Assembly (NCBI RefSeq): GCF_000737315.1
Contig: NZ_JMCB01000002.1
Location: forward strand, 1 to 64,000
Origin: Hyalangium minutum
Lineage (GTDB): Bacteria > Myxococcota > Myxococcia > Myxococcales > Myxococcaceae
Direction: 5' to 3'
DNA length: 64,000 nt
In this document: in pieces, positions 37,122-46,611 of the stretch
Layout of the letters: each line of letters begins with the position of its first letter
Numbering within the stretch: position 1 is the first letter of the stretch
Made by a program: the position numbers and the translations under genes
Notes under the pieces: model-generated
What the model was told of the DNA's origin: nothing
What the model saw: only the letters and a program-made list of their open reading frames with translations
The model's database searches: none

Positions 37122-40100
37122 ATGAGCCACCAGAACGATCTCCGCCTCTCCGCCTTCTTCTCGGACACCGAGGTCTTCCACCCCATCCAGCACCGCCACG
37201 ACATGTGGCGGCAGGATCCGTTCGATGTCGAGACGATCCACAAGGAGGCACGCTCCGCCTTCGAGCGCCTGCTGCTGCGCGCGACGACGCCCCCGCGCCC
37301 GGAGTCCGGCCGCATCCTGCTGCTGCTGGGGGACTCGGGCTGCGGGAAGACCCATCTGATGCGGGCCTTCCGCTCCAGGGCCCACGAGCGCTCGCTGGGC
37401 TTCGTCGGCTACATGCAGATGACGACGGCCCAGTCCAGCTATGGGCGCTACATGCTCAACAACCTGGTGGACTCGCTGGACCAGCCCTATCTGGCGCCCT
37501 CGGAGCCTCGTTCGGGCCTGGAGCGGCTCTCCGGAATGCTGCTGGAGCGGTGCAGCAAGGTCGCCGCCCTCCTCGCGGACTCCGAGCAGGATGCCGATGA
37601 GGTGCCCGCGCTGGTGGACATTGCCGCGGATGAACTCAAGGGGCAGCCCCTCTTCGAGCGGTGCGACCTGGACCTGATGCGGGCGCTCTTGTTCCTGCAG
37701 CGCAATGACACGCGCATCAAGAGCCGGGTGCTCAAGTACCTGCGCTGCGAGGATTTGTCCGAGGGCGATCGAAAGGTGCTCGGAGGTCTGGTGCCTCGCA
37801 TCCACGACCATCACCCTCTGGAGACCGTGGAGCACCTGGGGCGGCTCGTGGCGGCGCTGGACCACTCGCTGGTGTTGTGTGTGGACCAGCTCGAGGGGTT
37901 CAACGACTTCGAGTCCCAGCAGGTGCCGCACTTCCGCCGGGCCATGACCGCGCTGTGTGACTTGGCCGATCGCGTGCCCTCGTCGATCATCGTCATCAGC
38001 TGCTTGCACAACTTCTGGCAGGGGTTGAGCAACCAGCTCACGCAGTCGCTGCGGGACCGCATCGAGAATGCGCCGCCCTTCATCAAGCTGGAGGCCCAGC
38101 GCACGGCCGATGAGGCCCGGCTCATCACCGAGCGCAGGCTGGAGCACCTCTACGCGCTGAAGGATGCACCCTTTGATTACGCGGAGCCCACCTACCCCTT
38201 CCCGCATGAGGGCTTCGAGGCGCTGTCGGGCCATCGCGCACGGGAGGTTCTCGATACGTGCCGGCGCTGGCGCGAGCACGCCATCTCCACGGGAGTGCTT
38301 CCCCATCAGTTCCCCTTGAGCAGCGAGAAGGCAGAGCCGCTGCCCGAGGTTCCCCCGCAGGAGACCCTGGCGCTGGATCAGGAGTGGAACGATTTCCGCA
38401 CCGGGCACTCCACGCCGCCTCCGGAGGAGGACTCGGAGCTGTCCTCGCTGCTGGCGTGGGCGCTGCAAGCTTCCATGGACGAGTTGGAGACAGGACACCG
38501 CGTCCAGGCCCGGTCCGAGGGTGAGGCCCTCTTCGTGGAGCTCACGCCCGGAGATCAGCGGCTGCGCCTGGCCTTCTGCAACAAGGGGGCTCAGCGGGGA
38601 GCCCTCGCGAGGCAGATCGAACAGGTGCGCAAGGACGCCAAGGGGCGCATCCCCGTCGCCGTTCGTTCCAGCTCCTTTCCCAACAGCCCCAAGTCCGAGG
38701 CAGCCCTGGAGCTGGGCAAGCTCCTCAGCAAGGGCGGGCGCAACGCCGTGCTCGAGGACAGCGATTGCCGCCTCATCCTGGCGCTGAAGGCTTTCCGGCA
38801 GCAGCACGAGTCCTACCCGGGCTTTGCCGCGTGGCTCCGCTCGACCCAGCCCCTGAGCCAGCTCAAGCCCTTGCGGGACATTCTGGATCTCGACCACCTG
38901 AGCCGCCCGGCGGCCGTGCCCGGTGCAGCGCCCGCGCCCGCGGTGGCGCCGCAGACCGAGTCTTCAGCGCCTGCTCCCGTGACCGCTCCACCCGTGGCAG
39001 CTGCTCCTCCCCGGGCGGCGCCGGAGCGCCAAGGGACCGAGCAACCCCCCCCGCAGCGTCAGCCTTCTGCTCCCTCACGTGCGCGTGGGCCGGTGCCTCT
39101 CCGGTTGGGCGCCGAGGAGAGTCTGCTCAAGGAAGAGATCTCCCTGCTCCCGGATGAGCTGACCAAGCATGCGGCCTTCCTGGGCGGCTCCGGGAGCGGC
39201 AAGACGACACTGGCGCTGAACGTCATCGAGCAGCTCTTGCTGCAGGGCATTCCGGCCATCCTCGTGGATCGCAAGGGAGACCTGGCGGGCTATGCGACCG
39301 AGGAGTTCTGGACGCGCAGTGCCAGCAGCCCCGAGCGCGCCGAGCGCCAGGCCCGGCTCCGCGAGTGCCTGGATGTGGCGCTCTTCACTCCGGGGCATCC
39401 ACAAGGGCGTCCGCTGTCCATCGCCATCGTTCCGGAGGGGCTCGCTCAGCTGCCAGAGTTCGATCGGCAGTTGGCCACCCGCCATGCCGCGGATGCGCTG
39501 GCGGGCATGCTGGACTACCGGCAGAGCCCTCGCGACAAGTCCTGCCGGACCTTGCTCAGTCAGGCCATTGATCAATACGTCCAGCTCTCGCAGCAGACCG
39601 TCGCCCTGGAGCCGCTCATCCAGTTCATCGGGGACAAGGATCCTCGGCTGGTCAGCGCCGCGGGCCGGCTGGACACCAAGTTGTTCGACAAGCTGGCGGA
39701 TGACCTGGACCGGCTGCGCATCGACACGGAGAAGACCCAGCTGCTGGGGGGCAGCGGGGCAGACAAGCTCGACATGGACCTGCTGCTCGGACGAGGCGCC
39801 CATGCGCGGCCCGGAAAGACGCGCTTGAGCGTTCTCAGCACCCGGTTCCTGGGAGACACGCACAGCGTCCTCTTCTGGATCTCCCAGTTCCTCATTGAGG
39901 TGACGCGGTGGCTCAACCGCAGCCCCTCCAGCTCACTGCAGGCCGTCATCCTCTTTGACGAGGCGGACATGTACCTGCCTGCCACGCGTCAGCCCGCCAC
40001 CAAGCAGCCCATGGAGAACCTGCTGAAGCGGGCTCGCTCGGGAGGGCTGGGCTTGATGCTGGCGACCCAGAGCCCGGGCGACTTCGACTACAAGTGCCGC

Positions 40101-40349
40101 GACACCATCCGCTCCTGGTTCGTGGGCCGCGTCAAAGAGAAGAACTCCTTGGACAAGATGCGGCCCATGCTCAGCGAGGCCCGGGTGGACTTCACGGCGA
40201 AGATCCCCCAGCAGACCACGGGCGAGTTCCACCTCATCCGTGAGGGCAAGGTGAACCGCTTCCGGGCGGACCCGTCCGCCCTGTCCACCGAGCAGCTCGC
40301 GGAGGAGGAGCTGCTGCGGCTGGCCGCCCGCACTCAGTCGCGCCCCTGA
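37122..40349 (+). CDS. 1075-aa dual P-loop NTPase: N-terminal AAA-like domain plus C-terminal HerA/FtsK-like domain
   Basis: Walker A GDSGCGKT (37329-37352) with LCVDQLE; second Walker A GGSGSGKT (39183-39206), ILVDRKGD, ILFDEAD, RARSGGLGLMLATQSP. Confidence 0.9.
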   Translation: MSHQNDLRLSAFFSDTEVFHPIQHRHDMWRQDPFDVETIHKEARSAFERLLLRATTPPRPESGRILLLLGDSGCGKTHLMRAFRSRAHERSLGFVGYMQMTTAQSSYGRYMLNNLVDSLDQPYLAPSEPRSGLERLSGMLLERCSKVAALLADSEQDADEVPALVDIAADELKGQPLFERCDLDLMRALLFLQRNDTRIKSRVLKYLRCEDLSEGDRKVLGGLVPRIHDHHPLETVEHLGRLVAALDHSLVLCVDQLEGFNDFESQQVPHFRRAMTALCDLADRVPSSIIVISCLHNFWQGLSNQLTQSLRDRIENAPPFIKLEAQRTADEARLITERRLEHLYALKDAPFDYAEPTYPFPHEGFEALSGHRAREVLDTCRRWREHAISTGVLPHQFPLSSEKAEPLPEVPPQETLALDQEWNDFRTGHSTPPPEEDSELSSLLAWALQASMDELETGHRVQARSEGEALFVELTPGDQRLRLAFCNKGAQRGALARQIEQVRKDAKGRIPVAVRSSSFPNSPKSEAALELGKLLSKGGRNAVLEDSDCRLILALKAFRQQHESYPGFAAWLRSTQPLSQLKPLRDILDLDHLSRPAAVPGAAPAPAVAPQTESSAPAPVTAPPVAAAPPRAAPERQGTEQPPPQRQPSAPSRARGPVPLRLGAEESLLKEEISLLPDELTKHAAFLGGSGSGKTTLALNVIEQLLLQGIPAILVDRKGDLAGYATEEFWTRSASSPERAERQARLRECLDVALFTPGHPQGRPLSIAIVPEGLAQLPEFDRQLATRHAADALAGMLDYRQSPRDKSCRTLLSQAIDQYVQLSQQTVALEPLIQFIGDKDPRLVSAAGRLDTKLFDKLADDLDRLRIDTEKTQLLGGSGADKLDMDLLLGRGAHARPGKTRLSVLSTRFLGDTHSVLFWISQFLIEVTRWLNRSPSSSLQAVILFDEADMYLPATRQPATKQPMENLLKRARSGGLGLMLATQSPGDFDYKCRDTIRSWFVGRVKEKNSLDKMRPMLSEARVDFTAKIPQQTTGEFHLIREGKVNRFRADPSALSTEQLAEEELLRLAARTQSRP

Positions 40350-40366
40350 GCGTGGACCCCCGCGCT

Positions 40367-40430
40367 CCCGCATATAATGATGCGGGGCCTCAAAACGGGG
40401 TTGGGTAGGATGTTTGCCTACCTGAGTTTT
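40367..40430 (+). terminator. Two hairpins after the ATPase gene, likely a terminator
   Basis: CCCGCAT/ATGCGGG (40367-40386) and GGTAGG/CCTACC followed by TGAGTTTT (40404-40430). Confidence 0.5.
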
Positions 40431-40532
40431 CCACAAGTTGTCCCCACCTTCCCACAAATCAGCCATGTAGGTGATGTGGAGCTATTTGTAGGTGGATAGG
40501 CAACTTCCTCCGCCATTTGCCGACAATTCGGC

Positions 40533-42131
40533 ATGGCTACCATCTCCAAGCTCCCTTCTCCTTCGCTTCCGACTTCGACCCCCCGCACCGAGACGGCGCA
40601 GCCTAAGGCCCCGGCCCCGGCTCCTCGCTCGGAGGCCCGCGCGAGCCGCGCGGCGGATGGCTTCGACTCCGCACCCGCGCGCTCGAACTTCGTGGATCGC
40701 CCGGGCAACACCTTCGTGGCGCGCCCCACCGGCCTGCGTCCGGGCTCGCCGCAGCTGAACCCGACGGAGGCCCCCGCGCCCCGCCCGACGCTCTCGCGCC
40801 AGCCGCTGGCCCGCGAGGCGACAGCGCAGACGCTCAAGGCCGAGGCCACGCCGAACCTGGAGGTGAAGGACCTCTCCAAGGTCACCTCCACAGTGAGCTT
40901 CGACAAGGACGTGAGCATCGACTCGCTGAAGCTGTCGATGGACCTGGCGCACACCTACCGGGGCGACCTGAAGGTGACGCTGACGAGCCCCTCGGGGAAG
41001 ACGGCCACCATCAGCGACAAGCAGGGCGGCAGCGCGGACGACCTGAAGGGCACCTTTGACCTGAGCGCCTTCAAGGGTGAGAAGACGAAGGGCACCTGGA
41101 CGCTGACGGTGGAGGACACGGCGCGTTCCGACACGGGCACGCTGAAGAACTGGAGCCTCGAGGCCACGGGCAAGGCCGAGGGCCCGGTGGATCCGAAGCC
41201 GACCCCCAAGGGCCCGCCTGTCGTCGCCATCTTCGACGGCGGCGTGGACTACAAGCACTCGGACTTGGACGGGGCCATGTGGACCAACCCGAACGAAGTC
41301 GAGGGTGACGGCATCGACAACGACGGCAACGGCGTGGCGGACGACATGCACGGCTTCAACGTGGGCTTCAACTCGGGCGACCCGATGAAGGGCGAGGGCA
41401 CGGACCACGGCACGCACGTGGCGGGCATCATCGCCGCCGAGGACAACGGCCAGGGCAACACTGGCGTGGCGGCGGGCAAGGCGCAGGTGCTCTCGGTGGG
41501 CGGCCTCTACGACGGCAATGACTTGCTGACGAACTTCGAGCGCTCGGTGGACTACGTGGTGGGCCTGAAGGACAAGGGCGCCAACATCCGCGCGGTGAAC
41601 GCGAGCTTCGGGGACGAGTACAAGGACGCGGCCTCGCAGGCGCGCTGGAAGGCGGCCATCCAGAAGCTGGCGGACGCTGACATCCTCCTGGTGGCGGCCA
41701 CGGCGAACGGCAACGGCAGCAACATGAACAACGTGCAGGACTTCCCGGCCAACGTGGATCTGCCCAACGTCATCACCGTGGCGTCCATGGACAAGAACAA
41801 CGACAAGCTGGCGCGCTTCTCCTCGCACGGCGACAAGGTGGTGGAGCTGGCCGCAGTGGGCGAGGACGTGCTGAGCACGGTGCCGGGCGGCCGCTGGGAG
41901 AAGATGAGCGGCACCTCCATGGCCACCCCGCGCGTGGCGGCCACCGCGGCGCTCATGTTCGCGGAGAACCCCAACCTCACGGCGGCGCAGGTGCGCGACA
42001 TGCTGGTGAAGACGGTGGAGGTGGATCCGGACCTGAAGGGCAAGGTGAGCACGGGCGGCAAGCTGGACATCGCCGCCGCCGTGGCCGCCGCCCGCGCCGC
42101 CGCGGCCACCTCCTTCGCCGCGCGCCCGTAG
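40533..42131 (+). CDS. S8 subtilisin-like protease with an N-terminal P-domain and no classical signal peptide
   Basis: Catalytic D (FDGGVD), H (DHGTHVAG), S (SGTSMATP); P-domain HTYRGDLKVTLTSPSG...GTWTLTVED. Confidence 0.92.
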   Translation: MATISKLPSPSLPTSTPRTETAQPKAPAPAPRSEARASRAADGFDSAPARSNFVDRPGNTFVARPTGLRPGSPQLNPTEAPAPRPTLSRQPLAREATAQTLKAEATPNLEVKDLSKVTSTVSFDKDVSIDSLKLSMDLAHTYRGDLKVTLTSPSGKTATISDKQGGSADDLKGTFDLSAFKGEKTKGTWTLTVEDTARSDTGTLKNWSLEATGKAEGPVDPKPTPKGPPVVAIFDGGVDYKHSDLDGAMWTNPNEVEGDGIDNDGNGVADDMHGFNVGFNSGDPMKGEGTDHGTHVAGIIAAEDNGQGNTGVAAGKAQVLSVGGLYDGNDLLTNFERSVDYVVGLKDKGANIRAVNASFGDEYKDAASQARWKAAIQKLADADILLVAATANGNGSNMNNVQDFPANVDLPNVITVASMDKNNDKLARFSSHGDKVVELAAVGEDVLSTVPGGRWEKMSGTSMATPRVAATAALMFAENPNLTAAQVRDMLVKTVEVDPDLKGKVSTGGKLDIAAAVAAARAAAATSFAARP

Positions 42132-42134
42132 TCC

Positions 42135-42521
42135 TCAGTGGGAGGCGGTGACTTCCGGGCAGTGACGCCGGGTGATGCTGACGAACTCCTGGAGCTGGAA
42201 GGGCTTCTCGAGGAGGCCCACGGCCTTCATCTCCTGAGCGATCGGCGTCAGGTCCCGGAACGCGGAGATGACCACCACGGGGATGGACGCCAGCTCGGGG
42301 GTGCGCAGCTGCTCCTGCCGGAAGGCGCGGCCGTCCATCCGGGGCATCATCAGGTCCAGGAAGATGAGGCAGGGCTGGGGCCCGGGGCCGCGCAGCCGGT
42401 CCAGCGCCTCGAGCCCGTTCTCGGCGCCCACGGCCTCATAGCCCTGGTCCTCCAGAATCTCGAGGAGGCTCTCACGGATCTCCAGGTCGTCCTCGACGAT
42501 CAGGACGCGGTGGGACTTCAT
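42135..42521 (-). CDS. Single-domain response regulator
   Basis: VLIVEDD, FLDLMMPRMDG, EKPF. Confidence 0.93.
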   Translation of the reverse strand: MKSHRVLIVEDDLEIRESLLEILEDQGYEAVGAENGLEALDRLRGPGPQPCLIFLDLMMPRMDGRAFRQEQLRTPELASIPVVVISAFRDLTPIAQEMKAVGLLEKPFQLQEFVSITRRHCPEVTASH

Positions 42522-44104
42522 GCGGGCAGCTCCTCGGAAGAAGTGCGCTCGGGCTCGGGGTGCACGCTGGGGGCCAGCGGCAGCCGGACCGTGAAGCAGG
42601 CCCCGCCCTCGGGCAGGTTGTGCGCGGTCACCATTCCATCGTGCGCCTTGACGATCTCCCGGACGACGTAGAGGCCGAGCCCCAGGCCTCCGTAGTGGCG
42701 TATCTCGGCGGCGCGCTCGAAGCGGTCGAAGATGCGGGACAGGGCGTCCTCCGGGATGCCCGGGCCCCGGTCGCGCACGTCGATGACCGCCGTCTCTCCG
42801 TCCTGGGCGAGCGACACCTCGATGGGCGCACCGGCCGCGTACTTGAGGGCGTTGGACACCAGGTTGCTCACCACCTGCTCCAGGCGCAGCCGGTCCCAGG
42901 TGCCCACGATGGAAGCGCCCGTGCGCAGGGTGAGCGCACAGCCCGCGCGGGTGGCGGCGTCCCGGAAGCGCTCGGCGGCCTCGCTCACGGCCTCGGTGAG
43001 CTCGAAGCGCTGCAGGCTCAGCTCGAAGTGGCCCGTGGAGATGCGCGAGACGTCCAGCAGTGTCTCGACGAGGTCGGTCAGCCGCTCGGTGCTCCGGGCG
43101 GCCCGGTCAATCTTCGTCACCACCCGCTTCTCCAGCTCGTCGCTGCGCTGACGCAAGCCCTGCAGCTGGAGCTGGAGCGCGGTGAGGGGCGTCTTGAGCT
43201 CATGCGAGGCAATGGAGAGGAACTCGTCCCGCAGGCGGATGGCCTCCTGCGCCTGGGCCAGTCGCAGCTGCTCCTGCGCCATCCGCCGGCGCTCGGTCAA
43301 ATCCCGCGTCACCTTGGCGAAGCCGATGTGCTTGCCCGTGCTGTCGCGCAGCACGGTGAGGATGACGCTGGCCCAGAAGCGGGAGCCGTCCTTGCGCACC
43401 CGCCAGCCCTCCTCCTCGTAGCGGCCCTCTCGCAACGTGATCTCCAGCTCGCGCTCGCACTTGCTGGAGCGGACGTCCTCCTCCGGGTAGAAGCGGGTGA
43501 AGTGCTGGCCGATGATTTCCTGAGCCGTGTAGCCTTTGATGCGCTCGGCACCGGGGTTCCACGTCATCACATGGCCCTGGGTGTCCAGCATGAAGATGGC
43601 GTAGTCCTTCACGCCATCGACGAGCAGGCGGAAGCGCTCCTCGCTCAGTCGCAGCTGCTCCTCCGCGAGCCGGCGCTCCGTGAGATCCCGCGTGACCTTG
43701 GAGAAGCCAATCAGCCGCCCTGAGGCATCCCTCATGGCCGACAGCACCACATTGGCCCAGAAGGGGGTACCGTCCTTGCGCACCCGCCAGCCCTCGTACT
43801 CGAAGCGCCCCTCCTCTGCGGCCCGCTTCAGGTGCAGCTGGGGCTTGCCGATGTGCTGATCCTCCGGCGTGTAGAAGCGCGAGAAGTGCTGGCCGATGAT
43901 CTCTTCGGCGCGGTAACCCTTGGTGCGCTCGGCACCGGGGTTCCAGGTCAGGATTCTCCCCTGGGGATCCAGCATGAAGATGGCGTAATCGCGGACGCTC
44001 TCAATGAGCATCCGCCAGGGGCCCTGGTCATTCCATAAGGGGGGGAGGGCTTCTGCCACGGAGCGATCCTGCCGCGGAGCGACTGTCCGCTCGTCGTCGG
44101 TCAT
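42518..44104 (-). CDS. PAS-PAS sensor histidine kinase
   Basis: Two near-duplicate PAS domains (DYAIFMLD..G...TWNPGAER); ASHELKTPL, NALKY, GLGLGLYV. Confidence 0.94.
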   Translation of the reverse strand: MTDDERTVAPRQDRSVAEALPPLWNDQGPWRMLIESVRDYAIFMLDPQGRILTWNPGAERTKGYRAEEIIGQHFSRFYTPEDQHIGKPQLHLKRAAEEGRFEYEGWRVRKDGTPFWANVVLSAMRDASGRLIGFSKVTRDLTERRLAEEQLRLSEERFRLLVDGVKDYAIFMLDTQGHVMTWNPGAERIKGYTAQEIIGQHFTRFYPEEDVRSSKCERELEITLREGRYEEEGWRVRKDGSRFWASVILTVLRDSTGKHIGFAKVTRDLTERRRMAQEQLRLAQAQEAIRLRDEFLSIASHELKTPLTALQLQLQGLRQRSDELEKRVVTKIDRAARSTERLTDLVETLLDVSRISTGHFELSLQRFELTEAVSEAAERFRDAATRAGCALTLRTGASIVGTWDRLRLEQVVSNLVSNALKYAAGAPIEVSLAQDGETAVIDVRDRGPGIPEDALSRIFDRFERAAEIRHYGGLGLGLYVVREIVKAHDGMVTAHNLPEGGACFTVRLPLAPSVHPEPERTSSEELPA

Positions 44105-44246
44105 CTGTACTCCGGCTCGAGGATGCGCTGGCTAGGCAGACAAGGTACTGCCCGCTTCCAATCTGGGTTCGCAAGATGCGAGAAACAACCCCGATCTTCG
44201 TAAAAACATTGAACCATCAAAGATCTATTGGATCTTCCGGAGTCAC

Positions 44247-46058
44247 ATGAGTCGCTCGCGCAGGGAGTTTCTGACCAGTACCGCACTGGGCGTGGCCGGA
44301 GTGGCCGCGGCCGTTACCGCAGAGGCGGCACCTTCCGATGCGGGTGTTCCGGCGGCAGCGCCTGCTGGTGCACCGCCCGCGTTTGGGACTGCACCCTCCG
44401 TGGGGCCTGGGGTGAGCGCGGCCACCTTCGCGGAGGCGGAGAAGCTGGTGCAGGTGCAGCTCACTCCAGCGGAGAGGGCTCAGGCGGCCAGCAACTGGCG
44501 CGAGATGATGGCCCCGCTCTACGAGTTCCGCACGGGGCCCCGCCGCGCGAAGCTGGAGCCGGAGGTGGCGCCCGCCTCGCGGTGGGACCCCTTGCTCCCT
44601 GGGCTCGCCAGCGGGCCTGCGCGCAACCGCTTCGTGCGGAGCAAGGCCTCGCCCGGGCCATTGCCGGGGAAGGATGAGGACATCGCCTTCGCGCCCGTCA
44701 CGGCGCTCTCGAGGTGGCTCGAGTCCCGGGCGCTGAGCTCGGAGCGGCTCACGCGCATCTACCTGGAGCGGCTGCAGCGCTTCGATCCGAAGCTGAAGTG
44801 CGTCATCACCCTGACGCCGGAGCTGGCGCTGGAGCAGGCCCGGCGCGCGGACAAGGAGATTGCCGCGGGCAAGTATCGCGGTCCGCTGCACGGCATCCCC
44901 TGGGGCGCGAAAGACTTGGTGGACACGGCGAACATTCCCACCACCTACGGCGCCGAGCCGTTCCGCAACCGCGTGCCCACCGCGGATGCGACGGTGGTGG
45001 ACCGGCTGCACCGTGCGGGCGCGGTGCTGGTGGCCAAGCTGAGCCTGGGCGCGCTGGCGCTCAATGACGTCTGGTTCGGCGGCGAGACGAAGAACCCGTG
45101 GCTCTTGGAGGAGGGCTCCTCGGGCAGCAGTGCGGGGCCGGGCGCGGCGACGGCGGCGGGCCTCGTGGGCTTCTCGCTGGGGAGCGAGACGGGAGGCAGC
45201 ATCATCTCGCCGTCCATGCGCTGTGGCATCACCGGCCTGCGGCCCACGTTTGGCCGCGTGCCGCGCACTGGCGCGATGACGCTGTGCTGGTCGCTGGACA
45301 AGCTCGGGCCGATGACGCGCGGGGTGGAGGACTCGCTGCTGGTGCTCCAGGCGCTCTCCGGGCCGGACGCGGGCGATGTGGACAGCGTGCCGAGCGCGCT
45401 GGACTTCGACGCCACCGCCGGCGTGAAGGGCCTGCGCGTGGGTTATTTCCCAACGTGGATGGAGGACTTCCCCGCGACGGACGTGGACCGCGCCGCGCTG
45501 GAGACGCTGAAGCGGCTGGGGCTGAAGCCGGTGGAAGTCACGCTGCCGGACTGGCCGTACATCTCACTGATGATCATCCTCTTCGCCGAGGCGGCGGCGG
45601 CCTTCGAGGAGCTCACGCTGAGCCACGGCGTGGACGCGCTGAAGATGCAGGTGCCGGACGCGTGGCCGAACCTCTTCCGCCAAGCGCGCTTCCTGTCGGC
45701 GGTGGACCTCATCCAAGCGGATCGGCTGCGGCGCAAGGTGGCGCAGGAGATGGTGCGGGTGATGAAGGAGGTGGACCTGCTGCTGGTGCCCTCGCTGCAG
45801 CTCGACATGCTCACGATCAGCAACTTCACGGGGCACCCCTCGCTGACGCTGCGCACGGGTTTCGTGGAGGTGGATCAGGCCCGGAGCGACTGGGCGCCGG
45901 ACCCCGCGCGGCCGCTGCCGAAGTTCTCGCCCATGCGGCGGGTTCCGCACGGCGTCACGCTCATCGGGCGGCTGTTCGACGAGGGGACGCTGGGCCGGGT
46001 GGGCATGGCCCTGGAGAGGGCCTCGGGTGTCGCGGGTGAACGGCCCCCGGGCTTCTGA
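44247..46058 (+). CDS. Amidase signature family enzyme, Tat-exported
   Basis: SRREFL Tat motif; GAKDL, GSSGSSAG, GSETGGSIISPS. Confidence 0.92.
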   Translation: MSRSRREFLTSTALGVAGVAAAVTAEAAPSDAGVPAAAPAGAPPAFGTAPSVGPGVSAATFAEAEKLVQVQLTPAERAQAASNWREMMAPLYEFRTGPRRAKLEPEVAPASRWDPLLPGLASGPARNRFVRSKASPGPLPGKDEDIAFAPVTALSRWLESRALSSERLTRIYLERLQRFDPKLKCVITLTPELALEQARRADKEIAAGKYRGPLHGIPWGAKDLVDTANIPTTYGAEPFRNRVPTADATVVDRLHRAGAVLVAKLSLGALALNDVWFGGETKNPWLLEEGSSGSSAGPGAATAAGLVGFSLGSETGGSIISPSMRCGITGLRPTFGRVPRTGAMTLCWSLDKLGPMTRGVEDSLLVLQALSGPDAGDVDSVPSALDFDATAGVKGLRVGYFPTWMEDFPATDVDRAALETLKRLGLKPVEVTLPDWPYISLMIILFAEAAAAFEELTLSHGVDALKMQVPDAWPNLFRQARFLSAVDLIQADRLRRKVAQEMVRVMKEVDLLLVPSLQLDMLTISNFTGHPSLTLRTGFVEVDQARSDWAPDPARPLPKFSPMRRVPHGVTLIGRLFDEGTLGRVGMALERASGVAGERPPGF

Positions 46059-46167
46059 TCCGGCCAGTCCACATTTCCGGCAGGATTCCGTTGCAACCCG
46101 GGGCGTTGGTCACTACGTCGGGAGCGCTCAGTCGTAGGCACTCCACCCGAAGTAAATCGAGGACACC

Positions 46168-46602
46168 ATGGCTCCTGTCACCATCACCCCCCTGTACACC
46201 GCCACCGCGACCTCTCACGGTGGCCGCAATGGCCGCGTGAAGTCGTCGGACAGCGTGCTGGACCTGCCGCTGGCGATGCCCAAGGAGCTGGGTGGGCCGG
46301 GCGGTGCGGTCACCAACCCCGAGCAGCTCTTCGCGGCGGGCTACTCCGCGTGCTTCGAGGGCGCGCTCCGGCTGGTGGCGGGCAAGCAGGGCAAGAACGT
46401 GAAGGACGCGAGCATCACCGCGCAGGCCACCATCGGCAAGACGCCGGATGGGGGCTTCGGGCTGGCGGTGGAGCTCAAGGGCAAGCTGCCCGGCCTCTCC
46501 AAGGAAGAGGCCGAGAAGCTCATGCACGACGCGCATCAGGTGTGCCCGTACTCCAAGGCCACGCGCGACAACATCAACGTGACGCTCTCCGTGGAGAGCT
46601 GA
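46168..46602 (+). CDS. ohr: Organic hydroperoxide resistance protein
   Basis: TNPEQLFAAGYSACF and AHQVCPYSKATR. Confidence 0.95.
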   Translation: MAPVTITPLYTATATSHGGRNGRVKSSDSVLDLPLAMPKELGGPGGAVTNPEQLFAAGYSACFEGALRLVAGKQGKNVKDASITAQATIGKTPDGGFGLAVELKGKLPGLSKEEAEKLMHDAHQVCPYSKATRDNINVTLSVES

Positions 46603-46611
46603 GCCGGGCGG

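Noticed and set aside
42135-44104. PAS kinase + response regulator as a special system
   Set aside because: Ordinary two-component pair of a type that is very abundant in myxobacteria.
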